64,000 bases of DNA. Origin: the human T2T-CHM13v2.0 reference genome, Homo sapiens. Positions 39,000 to 55,100 of the stretch are shown here, piece by piece (the stretch's first letter is position 1; the number at the start of each line of letters is the position of its first letter). The stretch lies in NCBI RefSeq assembly GCF_009914755.1, contig NC_060928.1. The stretch is one strand, 5' to 3'. The notes under the pieces were generated by a model. It was not told the origin of the DNA, ran no database searches, and was given only the letters and a program-made list of their open reading frames with translations. A program made the translations under genes and the position numbers.

Positions 39000-40660
39000 A
39001 AACACTAATGTTTTTTTCACTACTCTCAGTCTATTTTACCCACACTGGTGCACAATATCTCAGATTCTCTCAGGGGGTTGTACTAACAGACCTTAGCTAC
39101 CTGGTCACCCAGACTCATGTCTTCTTTTTCAGCCCATACCATTTTGATCAGTACTGTTTCTGAAGAGGCTGTAGATTCCACTTTTGTGTCATCATCAGGT
39201 TTTTAAATTCATCATGACCAGAGCAAGTGAGCAAATCTGTTACTACCCTTTCCTCTAAGGAGCTGTTAGAGCATCCTGGCCAACTGATCTCATGTAATAA
39301 TCTACAATCACTTGAGCTGCCACTTCAATTTTCTCTTCCTTTTTCGTGCCACATTTGACTAGTCTCCTGGCCAGTAACATTTGGTTTAACCATCTTGCCC
39401 TTTATTATCCCTTTTTAAATTATTGCAATTTTTTTTCTAATAATCTGTATCTTCTCTCTGTCATGCAGTCCCATTTTGTGGAGCTTAGCTAGTAGATTTT
39501 AGATAGCTTCCCGTATTTTGTCTTAATTTCCAGTCACAATGTAAAATGAGATGCTCAAAGAAGCAAGACTCCATTTATTATGGCACCAATTGTGACCTTT
39601 AAGGCACACACTTACGAGATACTTTAACATCATCATATAACCAATCCAAAATAGCATACATTCTCAAAATTTTAGCAGATTCAGGAATGTTTTCTTTAAC
39701 GTATAAAGGTGTAATTGGTCAACTTCCCCTCTCAAGGTAATCTTTATATAAGTTTAACCTAAACCAGCTCTATAGACTGAACATCTCTCCATTCGTTTAC
39801 ATTTCTTACAGGGTGTTATTAAGTGAGGATGCCGAGAAAAACCAAACATACATTCAGATCACTGTGTCTTAACCTAGAGCGGTAACTCCCTGGTCCTAGC
39901 AATTAATATATACCTCAGCAATAGCTATTGAAATTCTCAGTTGACTTCTTTTCTGTCTGAATTACTTTTTAAAATTGATATAACAATGAATCCAAGTGTT
40001 GGGTCTGCCACATTTAAGTCCCATTGATAAACTTTTCTGATGGTCAGTGACAGTTAGAAACTTTTCTGATTGTCAGTGACAGATATTTGCTCAAACTCCA
40101 ACCATAGATATCTTGAAAGCAATCCAGGTATAGGTTCCTTTTCCTCCTGTTCTTTCTCTTCTCTGTTCAAAATAACACCTGCTACATTATTAAATAGGAT
40201 CACACATGATTTTGATTATTCTGTTATTCTGCCAACTATACCACCACCACCAACTACACTAATTTTATCCATCCTGATATTTGAAAGGACTCATAGGAGC
40301 AAACAAATTACATATCCATAAAATAGTTTAGCATAAACAAAGAATACATAGCAGGAAGAACAAATACAAGTCTAGAACAGCATTAGGGAAGTTGTCAGAG
40401 TACTTCCTCAGCCCCCCAGGATACAAATAGGTCTTTTATACCCCTCTGCTTATTTAACTGAAGCCAGACTGTTTCATCAGTGTCAATAACAGACACAGTG
40501 ATAACATAAGCAGAATTCTGCACATTATTGAAAAACAAAGCTGAAATTTGCTACAGATTACCCCTTATTGTATCAGACACAAAAGCATGAGTCATTAACT
40601 AGTAAATTCCATTTCATTTTGATCAAGTTTTAGCACTGTGTCTCCAAATATTTCTAGAGA
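39000..40660. mobile_element. Probable decayed ERVL/MaLR-type internal and LTR (MER21/MER77-like) fragments
   Basis: 'ggcaccaattg' (reverse of an ERVL/MaLR internal start) and 'ttgaaaggactcataggagc...'; weak similarity only. Confidence 0.3.
40030..40084 (+). repeat. 29-bp tandem duplication
   Basis: 'aaacttttctgat(g/t)gtcagtgacag' twice (from 40029 and 40058). Confidence 0.9.
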
Positions 40661-41059
40661 AAAACACAGAGCTGCAATAGATTAACTGAGATTACTCTAA
40701 TAATTACACAATTTTCTTGTAATAATGGCTTTAGTTGTATTTCATAAGTTTTGAAATTTTGCATGTTCTCTACCATGTGAAATATTCATAAAATATATTC
40801 TGATTACTTACTTGACACATAAGTTATTATTTCTTTGACACAGTTTATTTAGACATTCTTAATTTTCAAATATATATTTTTAACTTCTAAGTTAATTTTA
40901 CACCGTCATATGAAATACCCTAAATAATTCCAATACTTTATTGAGACATGTGGTTGTTCTAGAGATTACAACATGTTTAAATGAGTATCATTACCAATAT
41001 TTAAATGATACTACTTTCTTCTTCTTATAAATTGCAAGAAATATATAATCCTTCAACCC

Positions 41060-42290
41060 CATTTCAAAAAATGGTGCCAGAACAATTAGATATCTATATG
41101 CAAATAATTAACTTCAACCCATACATCACCTAATGTATAATACTTAACTTTTAGTGAATCATGGACCAAAGTAAACTTAGAATTACATGCTTTTACATAA
41201 GAAAACATAGGAATAAATTTTTATAACCTTGGATTATGCAAATTTTTTAGATACAATACCAAAAGCAAAATCCATATAAAAATTGATGAATTGCCTTACA
41301 TCAAGATTAAAAACTCCTGTTTTTTGAAACATACTAAGAGAATAAAAAGACAAACTGCAAACTAAGAGAATATATTTGCAAATCATAAGTTTGATTATTA
41401 AAAGTTGCTTCTAAAATATATAAAAACTCAAAAATCAGTAGTAAAACCCAGCTTCTAAATTAAAATGTGGACAAGGTTTGAACAGACACTTTAGTAGAGA
41501 AGGTATCTGAATGACAGATAAGTATTTGAAAGATGATAAGCCTATTTATCATTAGAAAAAAATTAAAACCACAAGATACCACTAGGTACTTATTAGAATG
41601 ATTAAAATTTAACAGAAAGAATACCATGTGTTGATGAGAATGTGGAGAAACAAATTCTTGCACCGCTGATGAAAATGTAAAGTGGTATGATCATATTAGA
41701 TACAGTTTGACATTTTCAAAAAGTTAATCATGCACTAACTCTACAGTCCAGTCATTCTACTAAGTATATAATCAAGATATATGACAGATTTCCACTAAAA
41801 ATTCATGTACAATAATGTATATAGTAATTCTACTTATAACAGCTCTAAGGTAAAAATAACCTAAAAGATCATCAAAATGTGAAGGGATAAGGAAATTATG
41901 GTATATATAATACAAATTTCATTTCACAGCAAAACAGTATGAACAATTGATGAACTGTCAACATGGATGAATATACAAATAACTATGCTGAATTTGAGAT
42001 TCCAGGCAAAAAGTACATATTTATGATTTCATATGTATAAAATGTTAACTAATCTGTAATGAAATAAATTATAAGAGTTGTCCTGGGATTTGGGCAGCAG
42101 GGGCAGTAGCAAGGTGGTAGTAACTACAACGAAACACTTGAAAAACTTTTGGTTCTTATAAATATGTTCACTATCTTGATTAGAGTTATGGATTTGTGGG
42201 CTTATACAAATATGTGCAGTTTAATCTATTGATTATTTTATATTAAAATAATCTATTAATTATTCTATAATAAAATCATTAAAAATCATT
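41060..42290 (+). mobile_element. Old L1M (MC/MD-like) ORF2 3' part and 3' UTR
   Basis: 'aaatggtgccagaacaattagatatc', 'tttttagatacaataccaaaagcaaaatcc', 'caacatggatgaat'. Confidence 0.7.
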
Positions 42291-43138
42291 GGAGACCATA
42301 AAGTGAGTAAAAATTAGTTGGTTAATTTAAGGAAGCAGAACAGTGGGAAAAAAAGAAACAATGGATACAACACCCCCAAAATAGAAGGATGTTAGATTAA
42401 AGCTAATTATATCTAATCCATATTAAATATAAATAGACCAAAAACTCCAACTTAGAGACAAAGATTTTTCAGGCAGAATTAAAAACCTAATAAATGATGT
42501 AACTAAATGCTGTTTATCAAAGTTAGGCATAATAATTATGACTAATTTGAAAGTAAAACTATAACTCATACCACACAAAATTTAATATAAACAAAGCTGC
42601 TAAAACTATATTAATGTTACAAAAGGTAGATTTTAAGGCAATAAATATTATTAAAGACAAAGAAGTACTCACACTTTAAAAAGGGGAAAATCAACAAATA
42701 GTAAAACTCATTGTATAGCTTCCATAGATTTAAAGTAAAATTTGTGGGATTCATATGGACAAATCCAAAATTATATTTGAGATTTCAGTAAGTGATACTA
42801 CCAGCATATTTTTTAAAAATCATGCAATTTTGATGAATTAAGAAACATAATGGACCCTCCTTGACCTAACAGGAATTTGTAAAAAACTTTCCCAACAACT
42901 GCACTTTCAACATTTGAACATACAACATTTACCAAAAAGGCTATATGATAGACCATAAAGCAAGTCTCAGAGTGTTTTGAACTATTTAAGTAATACAGGT
43001 TATATTCTTGTACTTAGGGGAATTAAATTGGGAATAAAAGTCAGAAAGAAAATTGTTAAAATTCCAAATTATCTGCAATTGTAGAATATAGTTCCAAATA
43101 TATCTTGGATCTAAAAAATGAAAACTAAAAAATAATTT

Positions 43139-43482
<344 letters not shown>

Positions 43483-43639
43483 TCAAAAATTTGGGAATGC
43501 AGCTAAATTAGTATTTAGCTGAGAATTTACAGCTTTAAATGCACATACTAGTTAAGAAAAAAAGTTAAAATGATCTAAGTGTCCATTCTAAAAACCTAAC
43601 AATAGAGCAAATAAAACTACCAAAAAAAGACAATTACAA

Positions 43640-44330
43640 AATAAATACATTTTGGAGATCTAATGTACAGCATAGTAATTTATAGTTAGTAAAACTGTAT
43701 TGTGTTGTTCATATGGTTTGACTCTGTGTTCCCACTCAAAGTTCACGTTGGATTGGATCCTCAGTACTAGAGGTGGAGGCTGGTGGAAGGTGATTGGATC
43801 ATGGTGTGGTTTCTAATAGTTTAGTACCATCCCCTAGTGCTATCTCGTGATAGAGATTTCACAAGATACGGTTGCTTGAAAGTGTATAGCACCTCCTCCT
43901 TTGCTCTCCCTCTTTCTCTCCTGCTGGCCATATGAAAATGTGTTTGCTTCCCCTCCACCTTTCACCATGATTGTAAGTTTCCTGAGGCCTCCCCAGAAGC
44001 ATAAGCCTGTACAGCCTGCAAAACTGTGAGCTACTTAAGCCTCTTTCCTTAAAAGTAATTCAGTCTCAGGTATGTATTTATAGAAGTGTGAAAACAAACT
44101 AATACTCTTGTAAACTTGAAATTTACTAAGAAAGTGGATCTGAAGTGTTTCCATCACCAAAAAAAAAGGTAGCTACATGAGATGTGAGGTGATAGATGTG
44201 TTATTTAACTTGATTGTAGTAATTATTTCAGAATATATTAATATGTTAAATCATTATATTATACATCTGAAATATATATCATTTTCATTTGTCAGTTATA
44301 CCTCAATAAATCTGGGGATAAAATAAAAAT
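43640..44330 (+). mobile_element. L1MA/MB 3' UTR fragment split by an MST LTR
   Basis: 'ggagatctaatgtacagcat...aaaactgtattgt' resumes after the LTR as 'acttgaaatttactaagaaagtggatct...cagttatacctcaataaa'. Confidence 0.75.
43709..44106 (+). mobile_element. MaLR solo LTR (MSTA/THE1D-like)
   Basis: 'atatggtttgactctgtgttcccac...ccatgattgtaagtttcctgaggcctcccc...aactaatac'; 5-bp TSD gttgt/cttgt. Confidence 0.88.
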
Positions 44331-46186
44331 AGATAATACAGTTAAGGACATAAGTTGTAACTAAGTAGCAGACAACCAAAGTGGGGGTATCAATAGAGCA
44401 AAAGTTGCTTTTTTGGAAAGATTAATAAAATGTATGAGTCCCTATCACAACAGATTAATAAATAAAGAAGGATAACAATTCCACCAATAAAAGGGGTATC
44501 ATTACACATTCTATTGATGCTTAAAAATTGCAAGAGGATACTACTGAAAAAGTTTATGGCCATACACTTGACAACATGGATGAAGTGGGAAAATTGCTTT
44601 AAAAGAACAATTAACCAGAACTGACAGAAATTAGATAGAAAATCTTGGTAATCCTATGATAGTTAATTAAAATACTCAATTTTAAATGACTGCATTGGTG
44701 ACTTTTTTTTCTATTACTTAAACATAACAATTGATATCAATCTTGTTCAACTTCCCAACTTTTATGTGAGGACATCTAAACTGTGACACTGAAAATCTTT
44801 CAAGGACCTCAGAGGGAAAGAAAAGGCCAATATGACTCATATATATTCACAGAATAATTCTAAACAAAACCTTAGCATTTTGAATCCAACAACATATGAA
44901 AGAGATTGCAATGTTGGTTTAGCATTCAAAAGTGAATAAATTTAACACTCCAATTAGCAGAAAAAAATGAGAAAAAACACATGTTTACACTAAAGATAAA
45001 GAGAAAGCAGGAGATTCAATATCCATTCATTCTAAAATCACTTAAAGTATAAAGAGGAAAATTTCCTTTATTTGATGAAGAATATCTATACAAAATCGGA
45101 AGGTTAGATTTTATTAAACAGTAAGCATGTTCCCTTTATTTTGGGTATAAGAAAACAGCATTTACTAATACCAACTTTATTTGGTGGTCTTTAGAATAGT
45201 GAAAATATAAATAAATAAAATAACCATATGTCATCATGCAAATATGGATAATTTCTTTAAACACAGAATCATACAAAAGAAGCTAAACACAAAAGAACAC
45301 ATTTCATTACATTAAGAAAGGATAAATTTCAAATAAATGACAAAACTGTAGGGTTTGAGGTCTTTAGGGTAGAAAGCAAGAGGAGTGATTGGGAGCAAAA
45401 ACCAAAGAGGTGTTTTGGTTGCTTGCAAGGATTACTTATCCTCTGTACTCTGTCTTTTTTCTTTATTCCCTCTATATTTAATTTCTATATTTAATTGGAA
45501 TTTTATTTATTCCTTTCATTTCAATTAGTACTCACATTAGAACGAATATCACATTTAGATTAGTAGCTCTATCCTATCTGGAGGAATACATCAAAATTTC
45601 AAAAGGCTTTTACTCTTTTATCTTTCTTTAGGCTTCCACATTTACCTATAGTATTTCTAATCTGCAGCTCTCATCACTTGAAACTATTTTGATTTTTCAA
45701 AATTCATCCCAAATGTCCCTCAAGGAAGCTTTCTCTGTGAAATTTCCACCTATGATTTTCCATTGTGTTTAGTTTCTAACCTATTCTTCATATGCCCCAG
45801 TCCAGTTTACATTGAATTATTTATTTATAGCCTTCTCAAAATAAGGTTTAAGAAATATGCTGAAATGCTGATATTTTATCCACTGAAGTACTGAATTAGT
45901 GTTTTAACCAAATCAAATGATAAAAAGTACTTGACAAATTGCACTGATTTTGTATCATAGTGGGATCATGGCCCATCAACTTTCAACATTTGAAAAAATA
46001 TTTATTCATGCATTACTTTTGGTGACATCAGATGTAGAAGAGATAGGAGTAAGAGGAATCAAGGTGCCAAGAGAGGTTGTGAGGAAAATCACAAGCCCCA
46101 CCTGAGCAAACACCATCCGCAAAGTACCAGCCCACTACAAATCACCATCTGTAATGTCATGAATTCCTGCATTAATTACCCATTTA

Positions 46187-46388
<202 letters not shown>

Positions 46389-46429
46389 AAATACTTCATC
46401 TTTTGTGTGTGTTCTACTGTTTTACTTTT

Positions 46430-46585
46430 TTTGCATAATTTTTAATTTAAATTAATTGACACATATAATTTGTGTATATTAAAAGTTGTATAATGTGATG
46501 ATTTCATATATTGTGTATTCATACATCGTGTACTGATTACTACAGTCAAGTTAATTAACATATCCGTCATCACCCATGGTTACAA

Positions 46586-46624
<39 letters not shown>

Positions 46625-47160
46625 CCGGGGGTGGGTGAAGACAAAAAAATATACTTCATTATCAAATTTCAAGTAAATAATACACTGTTATAACCAGAGT
46701 TGCCATGTTATATGTTAGAGCCCCAGAACTTATCAATCTTACAACTCAGTTTGTAACCTTTACCAACATCTCCCTATTTTCACTATCAACCCTGCTGCTC
46801 TGCCCCAACCTTTCTACTCTCTGCTTCTATGAATTTGGCTTTTTTAGAATCCACATGTGAGAGATCATACAATATTTGTCTACCTGTATCTGTATTATTT
46901 TACTTAACATACTGTCCTCCAAATTCATTCATGTTGTCTCAAATGACAAAACCTTATTTTTATATAGATGAATACTATTCCATTGTGTGTGTGTGTGTGT
47001 GTATTGTATTTCCTTTATCCATTCATTCATCAATGGCCACATTGTTTTCCTATTTTACCTATTGCCAATAATGCTGCAGCAAACATGGCAATGTAGATAA
47101 CTCTTCAAAATACTGATTTCATTTTATTTAAATATATACTCAGACATGGAATTAGTGAAG
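46430..47160 (-). mobile_element. L1MA9/10-like 3' end, containing (TG)n at 46588-46623
   Basis: 'cagtcaagttaattaacatatcc', 'ttttagaatccacatgtgagagatcat', 'aataatgctgcagcaaacatgg'. Confidence 0.8.
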
Positions 47161-48820
47161 AGCTCAGGACAAATACCAGACTGGAGAGTCAGAGCACATA
47201 GTAACAGGGAATACAATATTAGAAATAAAGCAAGCATTGCCAGTGAAGAAAAAAAATGAAATTAGCCAAAAATGTGTTTGTAATCGCATACCTATGCAGG
47301 AAAGAAGTCTGACACCCTGGCTCTGGTTCTAGTTTCCCCCTTTAAGTAAAGAATATCTAGAGCTTTGAGAAAGCAATTCAAATTGCCATGTACTCTCATA
47401 ATTGATATGTTTTCCTTCCATTTTTTTACTAACATCTAAATCAATGACATTCAATTTCTACATCTTATAGATTGAAAATATGTTAATAACTCTTTTTATC
47501 TATAGTTATTCAAATTATAAAGAAGGGAAAATAGACTTGCCCGCTCTATTATATACATTGTTGGCTATACTGTGTTAGAATTTGTTTTAATATTATTGAA
47601 ATATAAAGGACCAGTATTCTTTGATTCCATTTTCAACCCCACCCCAAAAAGAGGGAATGCTGCAAGCTATTCTACAGTTCCAGGTTTTCTTACATCCACT
47701 TCCAGGTATGTTTTCACTGAGCCTTCATCTCATCAATTCCCACACTTTTGTCATGACTTAGATTAAAATTGTCAGTTCTTGAGAGGATTTTTTCTCACAT
47801 GAGTTACAAATCCATATCTACATTAGCTACCTGTGTTTTTCACTTAGTATCAAATTCTCACCCTTTAAAATCTTCACTGTTGTAGACAACTATACATATG
47901 TTCAATGTTTACTTATTATCCATTTCTTCTACTAGACTTTAGCTCTAAAAAGTTAAAGAAAAGTCATAATAATATATTTGGGATTCTGAGTTTTCAATAT
48001 CCTGAATGTATACTTTATATTTTGAAAACTGTAATATGTAACTGTAGTTTATAACATAGTTTGTATTATTCTAAGAAAACTTCAGGTATGTTAACAGCTG
48101 TATTAATGTCCCTAACAAAACCTTGACCTCAGACATCCTATACCTGCTTCAGTAACCTCTACCTCATATTCTCACCATTTACTTTGATGTGACTATGTCT
48201 TATATTTTGTCATCATTTTACATTTTACCATTTTTTATCTTAAAATCTGAAATATAAATCTAATTTCCAGCTGTACCTTTGAATCTTCTCTTTAGTCTGA
48301 TTAAAAATTTCTTCAAGTTCCTTCACATATCTTTATTCCCTGACTTATAACATCACCTATCCAAATGACTTCATACAATTCTCTATCCAAGACAATTTGG
48401 TTAGCCAATTTGAGAATATATCCTCTATTATCTCCAAATCTGTAAAGTGAGTGCTGAGAAATATTTAGAGAAAGTGTGTTTATTCATCTAATTAAATTTC
48501 ATGTTACCTACTATCAAAAGTGATTTCTATTTCCTTTTAATCATTTAATTTTGGCTTGTTGGATCCTTTCTTTCCTCATGCAAACTGCTTCTGAACATTG
48601 TTACAGCCATTATGTCTTTAACCTTATTTCTAGTATTCTCACTCAGTAAGCAGCTTCATTTTTTACCTTTTTCAGAAACTTGAGTAAACAGCCCTGAATT
48701 GATTCCCTTATAACTTTTTATTTATTTATATATGTGAAAATATATTCGTTTATAACGTTTTAAAATTTATTTATGAAAATATACAATATATAACCTCCTT
48801 ATTAGAATATATTATAAGAT

Positions 48821-49155
<335 letters not shown>

Positions 49156-52100
49156 TTATCTATACTGTTAGACCGTAGTCTTTTTTTTTTTTTCAAATCT
49201 TAAACTCCTAAACTATGTGCATGTGTGTTTTGTTAATACTTTAATACTTTTCCTTACTTATGTCCTGCAGGGCTATGCACTAGAAATTATCACTTATCTC
49301 CTCTTCTTTACATATACATTATCTTTTTCTTACTTTAAAACAAAAACAAATTAATAAGCACTTTCCCATGAATCTGAAAACAATGTCATTTCACTCTCAC
49401 TCTCTGTCCCTGCCTTTTATAGTTCATGTCTTATAAAACTTCTTGGAATAATGTCTAAAGACATTTTAATAATTTTAGTTCAACCTTGAAGATAGTCTTC
49501 TTCAATATTTTTACCTTATTGATGAGACATAAAGATCTTATAAGTGAAAAGATTTGCACAATGTCACATTACTACATGGCTGAGAATTGCACCTAGATTT
49601 TAAAAATAAAATCCAGCTTTCTTTATTTTGTCACCCAGGCTGTTATCTTTTGAAATTTATTTTTCACAATTATCCTACTCAGCCTAGACTAAAAATAGTT
49701 TATTCCTACTTCTTTCTCTCCAAACAAAGGTAATTATTTACTAAGTCCCATAGCTTCTACCAGCACAATATCCATGCACTTTATTCCTCCTTTCTGTTAT
49801 TATTCCCAACTCAATAGTCCCTAAACTTACTAAATCTCACCTATGCCATCTTTAGCCAAAAACTACAAAAAGCAGCTTCTAAGTGATTCCTCGGTTATAT
49901 ATTTTTACTCACTCCCATAGCCCAAGTGCTATGCACTATGGTGGATTCACATTTTTAAAACTGAGCTCTATTCAAAGTATTTCCCTAATTACTGTACTAA
50001 CCAAAAAATCAGTTTAAAATATACTGCATCATCCATGTCTGTTGAGCATATAGCATATGTCAGACTGAAAATGATAAATGACAAATATTAAAGTTCTGCA
50101 ATTGAGAAATAATTCAAGATAGAGATATTTTTACATATAATAAAATATACAGATTCTGTCACAGAATTGTACTTGTTGACATTGCATTTGAGTGGAGATT
50201 TGGTAAACAAAAAACTTGTCTTCCCATCACCAGCAGAATTTGGTGAGAATTCCTTAAAGAACGCTATAGCTTGACCCTACCCTCCATTTTCAGTCTTATT
50301 TCAGACTTACCTTCTATTTTAAGGACTTGTAAAAGTGAGAACCAGGTAAGAAGTTTCCTCAAAGAAGAAGACAGTCATTCTCATATTACAGTTACTACAG
50401 ACAAAACAAATTGATTTAAATAAGCAACATCATAGTAATACTTTATTTTCAAATATCAGGGTTTGATCAAATGCAGAAGGAATGGGTAGATGATGCAATG
50501 TCACTTGAAAAAATTTATTTCCTCAAATGGTGGAACGCCATTGGAGTTTTAAATAATAGTCAGCTAATGATCCAGAATAAGTGATCAAAAAACTGTATCA
50601 AGGAGGATTAGGAAGCCGCAGTGATTGGGGTTAAAGAAGGGAATTATTTCCCTACCTCCTCTGTGTCTGATCACAGGCAGAGGTAAAACTCCAGTTCCTC
50701 TTAAAATTTCATTCTTTATCTTCTCCAGCATGTTCCAGTTAATGCAAAAAAAAAAAAAGTGGTTGTTATAGAAGAACCGAGTTAAAATGAGAGGGAAAAA
50801 AAGGAAAGGTTGAGTCTTCCTCATTCTACCTCTAGCTGTGAAACTGATTGATGTTTTTAAAGCTCTCAAGGAACAGCTGCAGTTTCTGTTTCAAAACAAA
50901 AGAAGAAAGAAGACCAGAAAATTATGTAGCAAAATCATTTTCCCACAATAAACGGGGAGAGGATTATGTTAGGTAAGAATAATACAATAAATGCAGTTGA
51001 TCTGTGAAAGAAAGGGAACAGTTAGTTATGTCTAGGACAGCCTGCAAGGGAGCTTGGTAACACTGTTCCACAAACTGCAACAGCCAGCAGAAGAAAAACC
51101 ATTCCTTAGTCCAGCTTCATTATGTAACTAATAGATTTTCTTATCCGTGAAGACTGATTTCCAACAATGTACTATAGTGAGGAATTGCAGCCTCATTATT
51201 TGAAAGCTTAGGACACAGAAAGTTGTCACCTCCTTGACCTGGGGTTTTAGTTAAGAGGCCTGAAGGGAACACAAAAGGTAGGTATTACAGGAAAAGAACC
51301 AAGAAAATTCAATGTTTGAATTTATGAAAAAAGAGAAAAAATAAGAAAAAGAATGCTGTTTTCTGAGAAACATGGAGTATAATAGTATAAAAAATACAAA
51401 TAAGAAATTTAGAAACATGGAAAATATTTTTGAGGTAAAACAAAACTGATTTTGATAGTTTTGAAATTTTGTATTATTCCAAATGCTTCAAGTTTGCAAG
51501 TTCAAATGAACAGTATACCACGTGAGCATATTCATGAACCAAAGGGAGTGACAGAGAAAGAATCAGAGCCCTGGGATTACGGTTAACTGAGGCTTATTTC
51601 ATTATTGTAGAATCCGTGATGGCTAACATAATAATGGTCATTGTACAGGGCAATGCTATTACATATCTTCTGCTTTAGGGAATTGAAGTCAAGGAAAATA
51701 CATTCCCCTATGTATATTACTATTTTCAATAAACTCCTTAAAAATGAGTCTTTGGTGAGTAAGTTAATGTTCTCTAATAATAATAACAACACATACATTT
51801 GGAATGATTATATGGAGCTATATATGTACGGTACCTAGAATAGTATCTATCATGTATTAGATAATAAATGTTTTTTAATATTTAAAATATTTTTTTATTT
51901 CTGTGGTAAGTACTTTGAACATAAAAATTAATTAAAACATGAATCTTCTCATGAAAACTATAGTTTCAAGAAAGATTATATATATATCTGTATATGATAT
52001 ATATTACCTATATATAAACACATGAATCTCTGTGTGTGTGCGTGTGTGTGTGTGCATGTGTACAAATTCCATAATACAGCATAGAAAAAGCTGCAAGAGA

Positions 52101-55100
52101 GCAAGAGAGATGCTGGCCAAATTCATTGAGGGTTTAGAAATAGAGATTTAACATTTATTAGGAACACAAGATTTAGGAGATAATATTAGAGTTAGAATTT
52201 GAAGACTGGGTTGGATTTGAGGATCTACATCGAGAGACCAACTAATAAATGGGAAAAATAGGAAATTCGTAGAAATCTGCAACCAAATGCAACTTGGAAA
52301 ATTCAAGAGTATGTGAGAATGAACAATGTTAAATAACACTGGAGAAAGAGGTTCAGATAAAATCTTAGGGGGCTTTTATGAGGGGAAAATTAGTTCCAAC
52401 TTATTCTGTAGTGATGCAGCACATTGGAAGTTACCAAGGGCCATGAAATTACATCGTAATTATGACAAACTATTTTATACACATAAGCAATAAGAAAAAA
52501 GATGTGTTGGACATACATGAAATAAATGCATTTACGGCCTCCAAAAGTTCATAATCTTGATCTTAAATGAGACTTTATTACATTTCTTCTTATGCACAAG
52601 GCTATTGATAGGTAAACTTTGCTCAATGCTGTCATTTCAGTGCCTAGAAGAATATTTCTTGAATGAACATGTGGAATATAGAGCCAGGTTTGATATAAAT
52701 GTGTTAATTCAGTTAGGCGGAATTGAAACAAAATAAAGCCAGGGTAGAGGTTCTATGGCTGTTCATTAAGGATTCCCTTTCTTTTCTACTAGGCTGTTAA
52801 CTGCATGAGGAAAAGATTACAATTACTGTGTTCAACATTTTCTTCCCAGTTCTTAACACAGGTTCTAATATATAGCAGTTCCAGAAAAATATTTGTTGAG
52901 CAAACAGATTTTCATTAGTATGATTGTACTCTGTAAGTAGTTTTATAAAATCACAAATCTTAAGATTCTTATATATATGTATATGCAAATACATGTAAGG
53001 CAGATCAACATCATCATTTTAATGGCAAAAAATTCTTCCATTTTATAGAACTATCAGAATTTAATAAACTCCCTAATGCAGGATACTTTAATTTTAGCTC
53101 TCATAACTGTGTGACTTATATGTATAGATTGAACAACTATAAATTAATACATTAGATAATATTGTATAACTAAAGTCAGATTTATAAAGCAGTGTATGCA
53201 TATATTCTATAGAGATATAGATATGATTAAGTTGTCCTAAAAATAGTATAGCAGTCTTCATATATATCCAGAACCATATAAGTGGGTCTGATTTTTTTTA
53301 TACCCTCATATCCCCAAGGTATATATAGTCTTTTTCAGCCTTTGTCAAACTAATAAGTAATTAAAAGTTATGTATAGTTAATTTGTTTGATGATTACTGT
53401 GTTTAAAAACACTCTGCACTTATTATTTATTTATTAAATTGATTTTGTATGACTGTCCCTTAATTTTCCAGTTTTTCTTTTCTTTATATAATTGTAGAAA
53501 AATGTTTATATTAAAATATTAATATTTTATATCATATTTAACATAATATCTTTTTCTAGTCTCTCAATTAACATCGTCTTTATTTTATGTATATAATTTT
53601 CCAGTTATTGGGGATAAAATAATTCACCTTTCCTTTTACACTTTTTTATTTTTGTATGTTACTCTTTTTCATTTTTATATGTTACTCTTAGGCATGTCTT
53701 TGACATTTTTAACTAGAGATTATTTTTATTCTAAAATTGTTTTTCCCTTTAGGAAAATATTTTTCTCTTCCTCTTATTCAAGTAGATATGCTTTTATGTG
53801 CCCAAATTCAAAGGATGGTGTATCACAAATAATAGAAAGAAAGTGTCTTTCTTTGACTTTTATGATTAGAAAACCTAAGCCATTACAGCAATTGAGAGAT
53901 CAAAGTCCTGAAAGACACATCATAAGTATAAGCAGGCTTTTCCCATTTTTCTAACTAGAAAGAATAATTTCTACTTTGGGCGTTTTGAGGGATTGGTAGA
54001 AGGGAAAGTTGTGAATATTTTAAAATTGAACTCAATACTCTGTATCCCACAGTAGGTCTGCAATTAGGCAAACACCTCTAATTACTTTGACAACCCAGCT
54101 CTGAATACAGAAAGGTTACATGACAAATTTTCCAAGTAGAGACTAAGGAAAGTTGGGATAAACAAAATTGAAATAATGTCTGGGTGTACAGGCAGGAAAG
54201 GCCTCAAAAAGCATCATAGCCTGGTGAGTTTTATGTTTAACTTTCTTGGGGCCTGCAGTGGGACCATTCTAGCATATTCCAACATAGCATCAACATAGAA
54301 GAAATAGTTTCCAGGCCTGAAAGGCCCATGAAACAGAAATGAAGGGAAAGTATTTAGCCAACTTTGGGGACCACCATCTTAGAACCAGATGAGTACTGGA
54401 TGATCAGTAGGAGCTTCTGTTACCATACAACATCAAAGAAAACACTAGTGTTTCTCTGAAACCATGACAGCACTTAAACATCATCCTCCATCCCAGACTT
54501 AGATGCAAATCTACAGCATGGGATAAATTGATTGACATTATGCTTTTGGTAAAACTTCAAATCAAGGACTTGAAATGATAACAAAATTGATTCATAAATA
54601 ATTCAATAGCTGCATGTTTGATTTTTTAAACAAATATATTCTTTCAATAGGGCCATAAAAGAAAATAAAATTCTCAGCTTATCATTTTCTAATACTTTCA
54701 TCAAATCAGCTTTTAAATTTAAATAGCTGAGTTTATTTACTTGAATTTAGGTTTACGAAAGAATGATGGAAGAATCTAAGTGCTACAAGTAGAAGCATTC
54801 GAGTGTCCTGAGAAATATATCTTTCCCAATGCAGGTGTAACACACAGATTTCAGATGTCAGTTTGCTCGCCCAATTCTGACTGAACAAGCCTGTTCAGGA
54901 AATGTTGCATTAGAATAAACCCCTCAAATTTGTGTATCTCTGGTTAATCAGGCTAAAGATTTTCCTGCAAAGATTAGGTTTCCCATGCCTCTCCTACTTG
55001 CACTAGTTATCCTGTCTCTAGTCCTTTACCCTTCCTGTTAGCATATGAGGATTATGCAAAAATATTCAATATGTGGCTGCAAGGCCCTTTCTTTTGTTTT

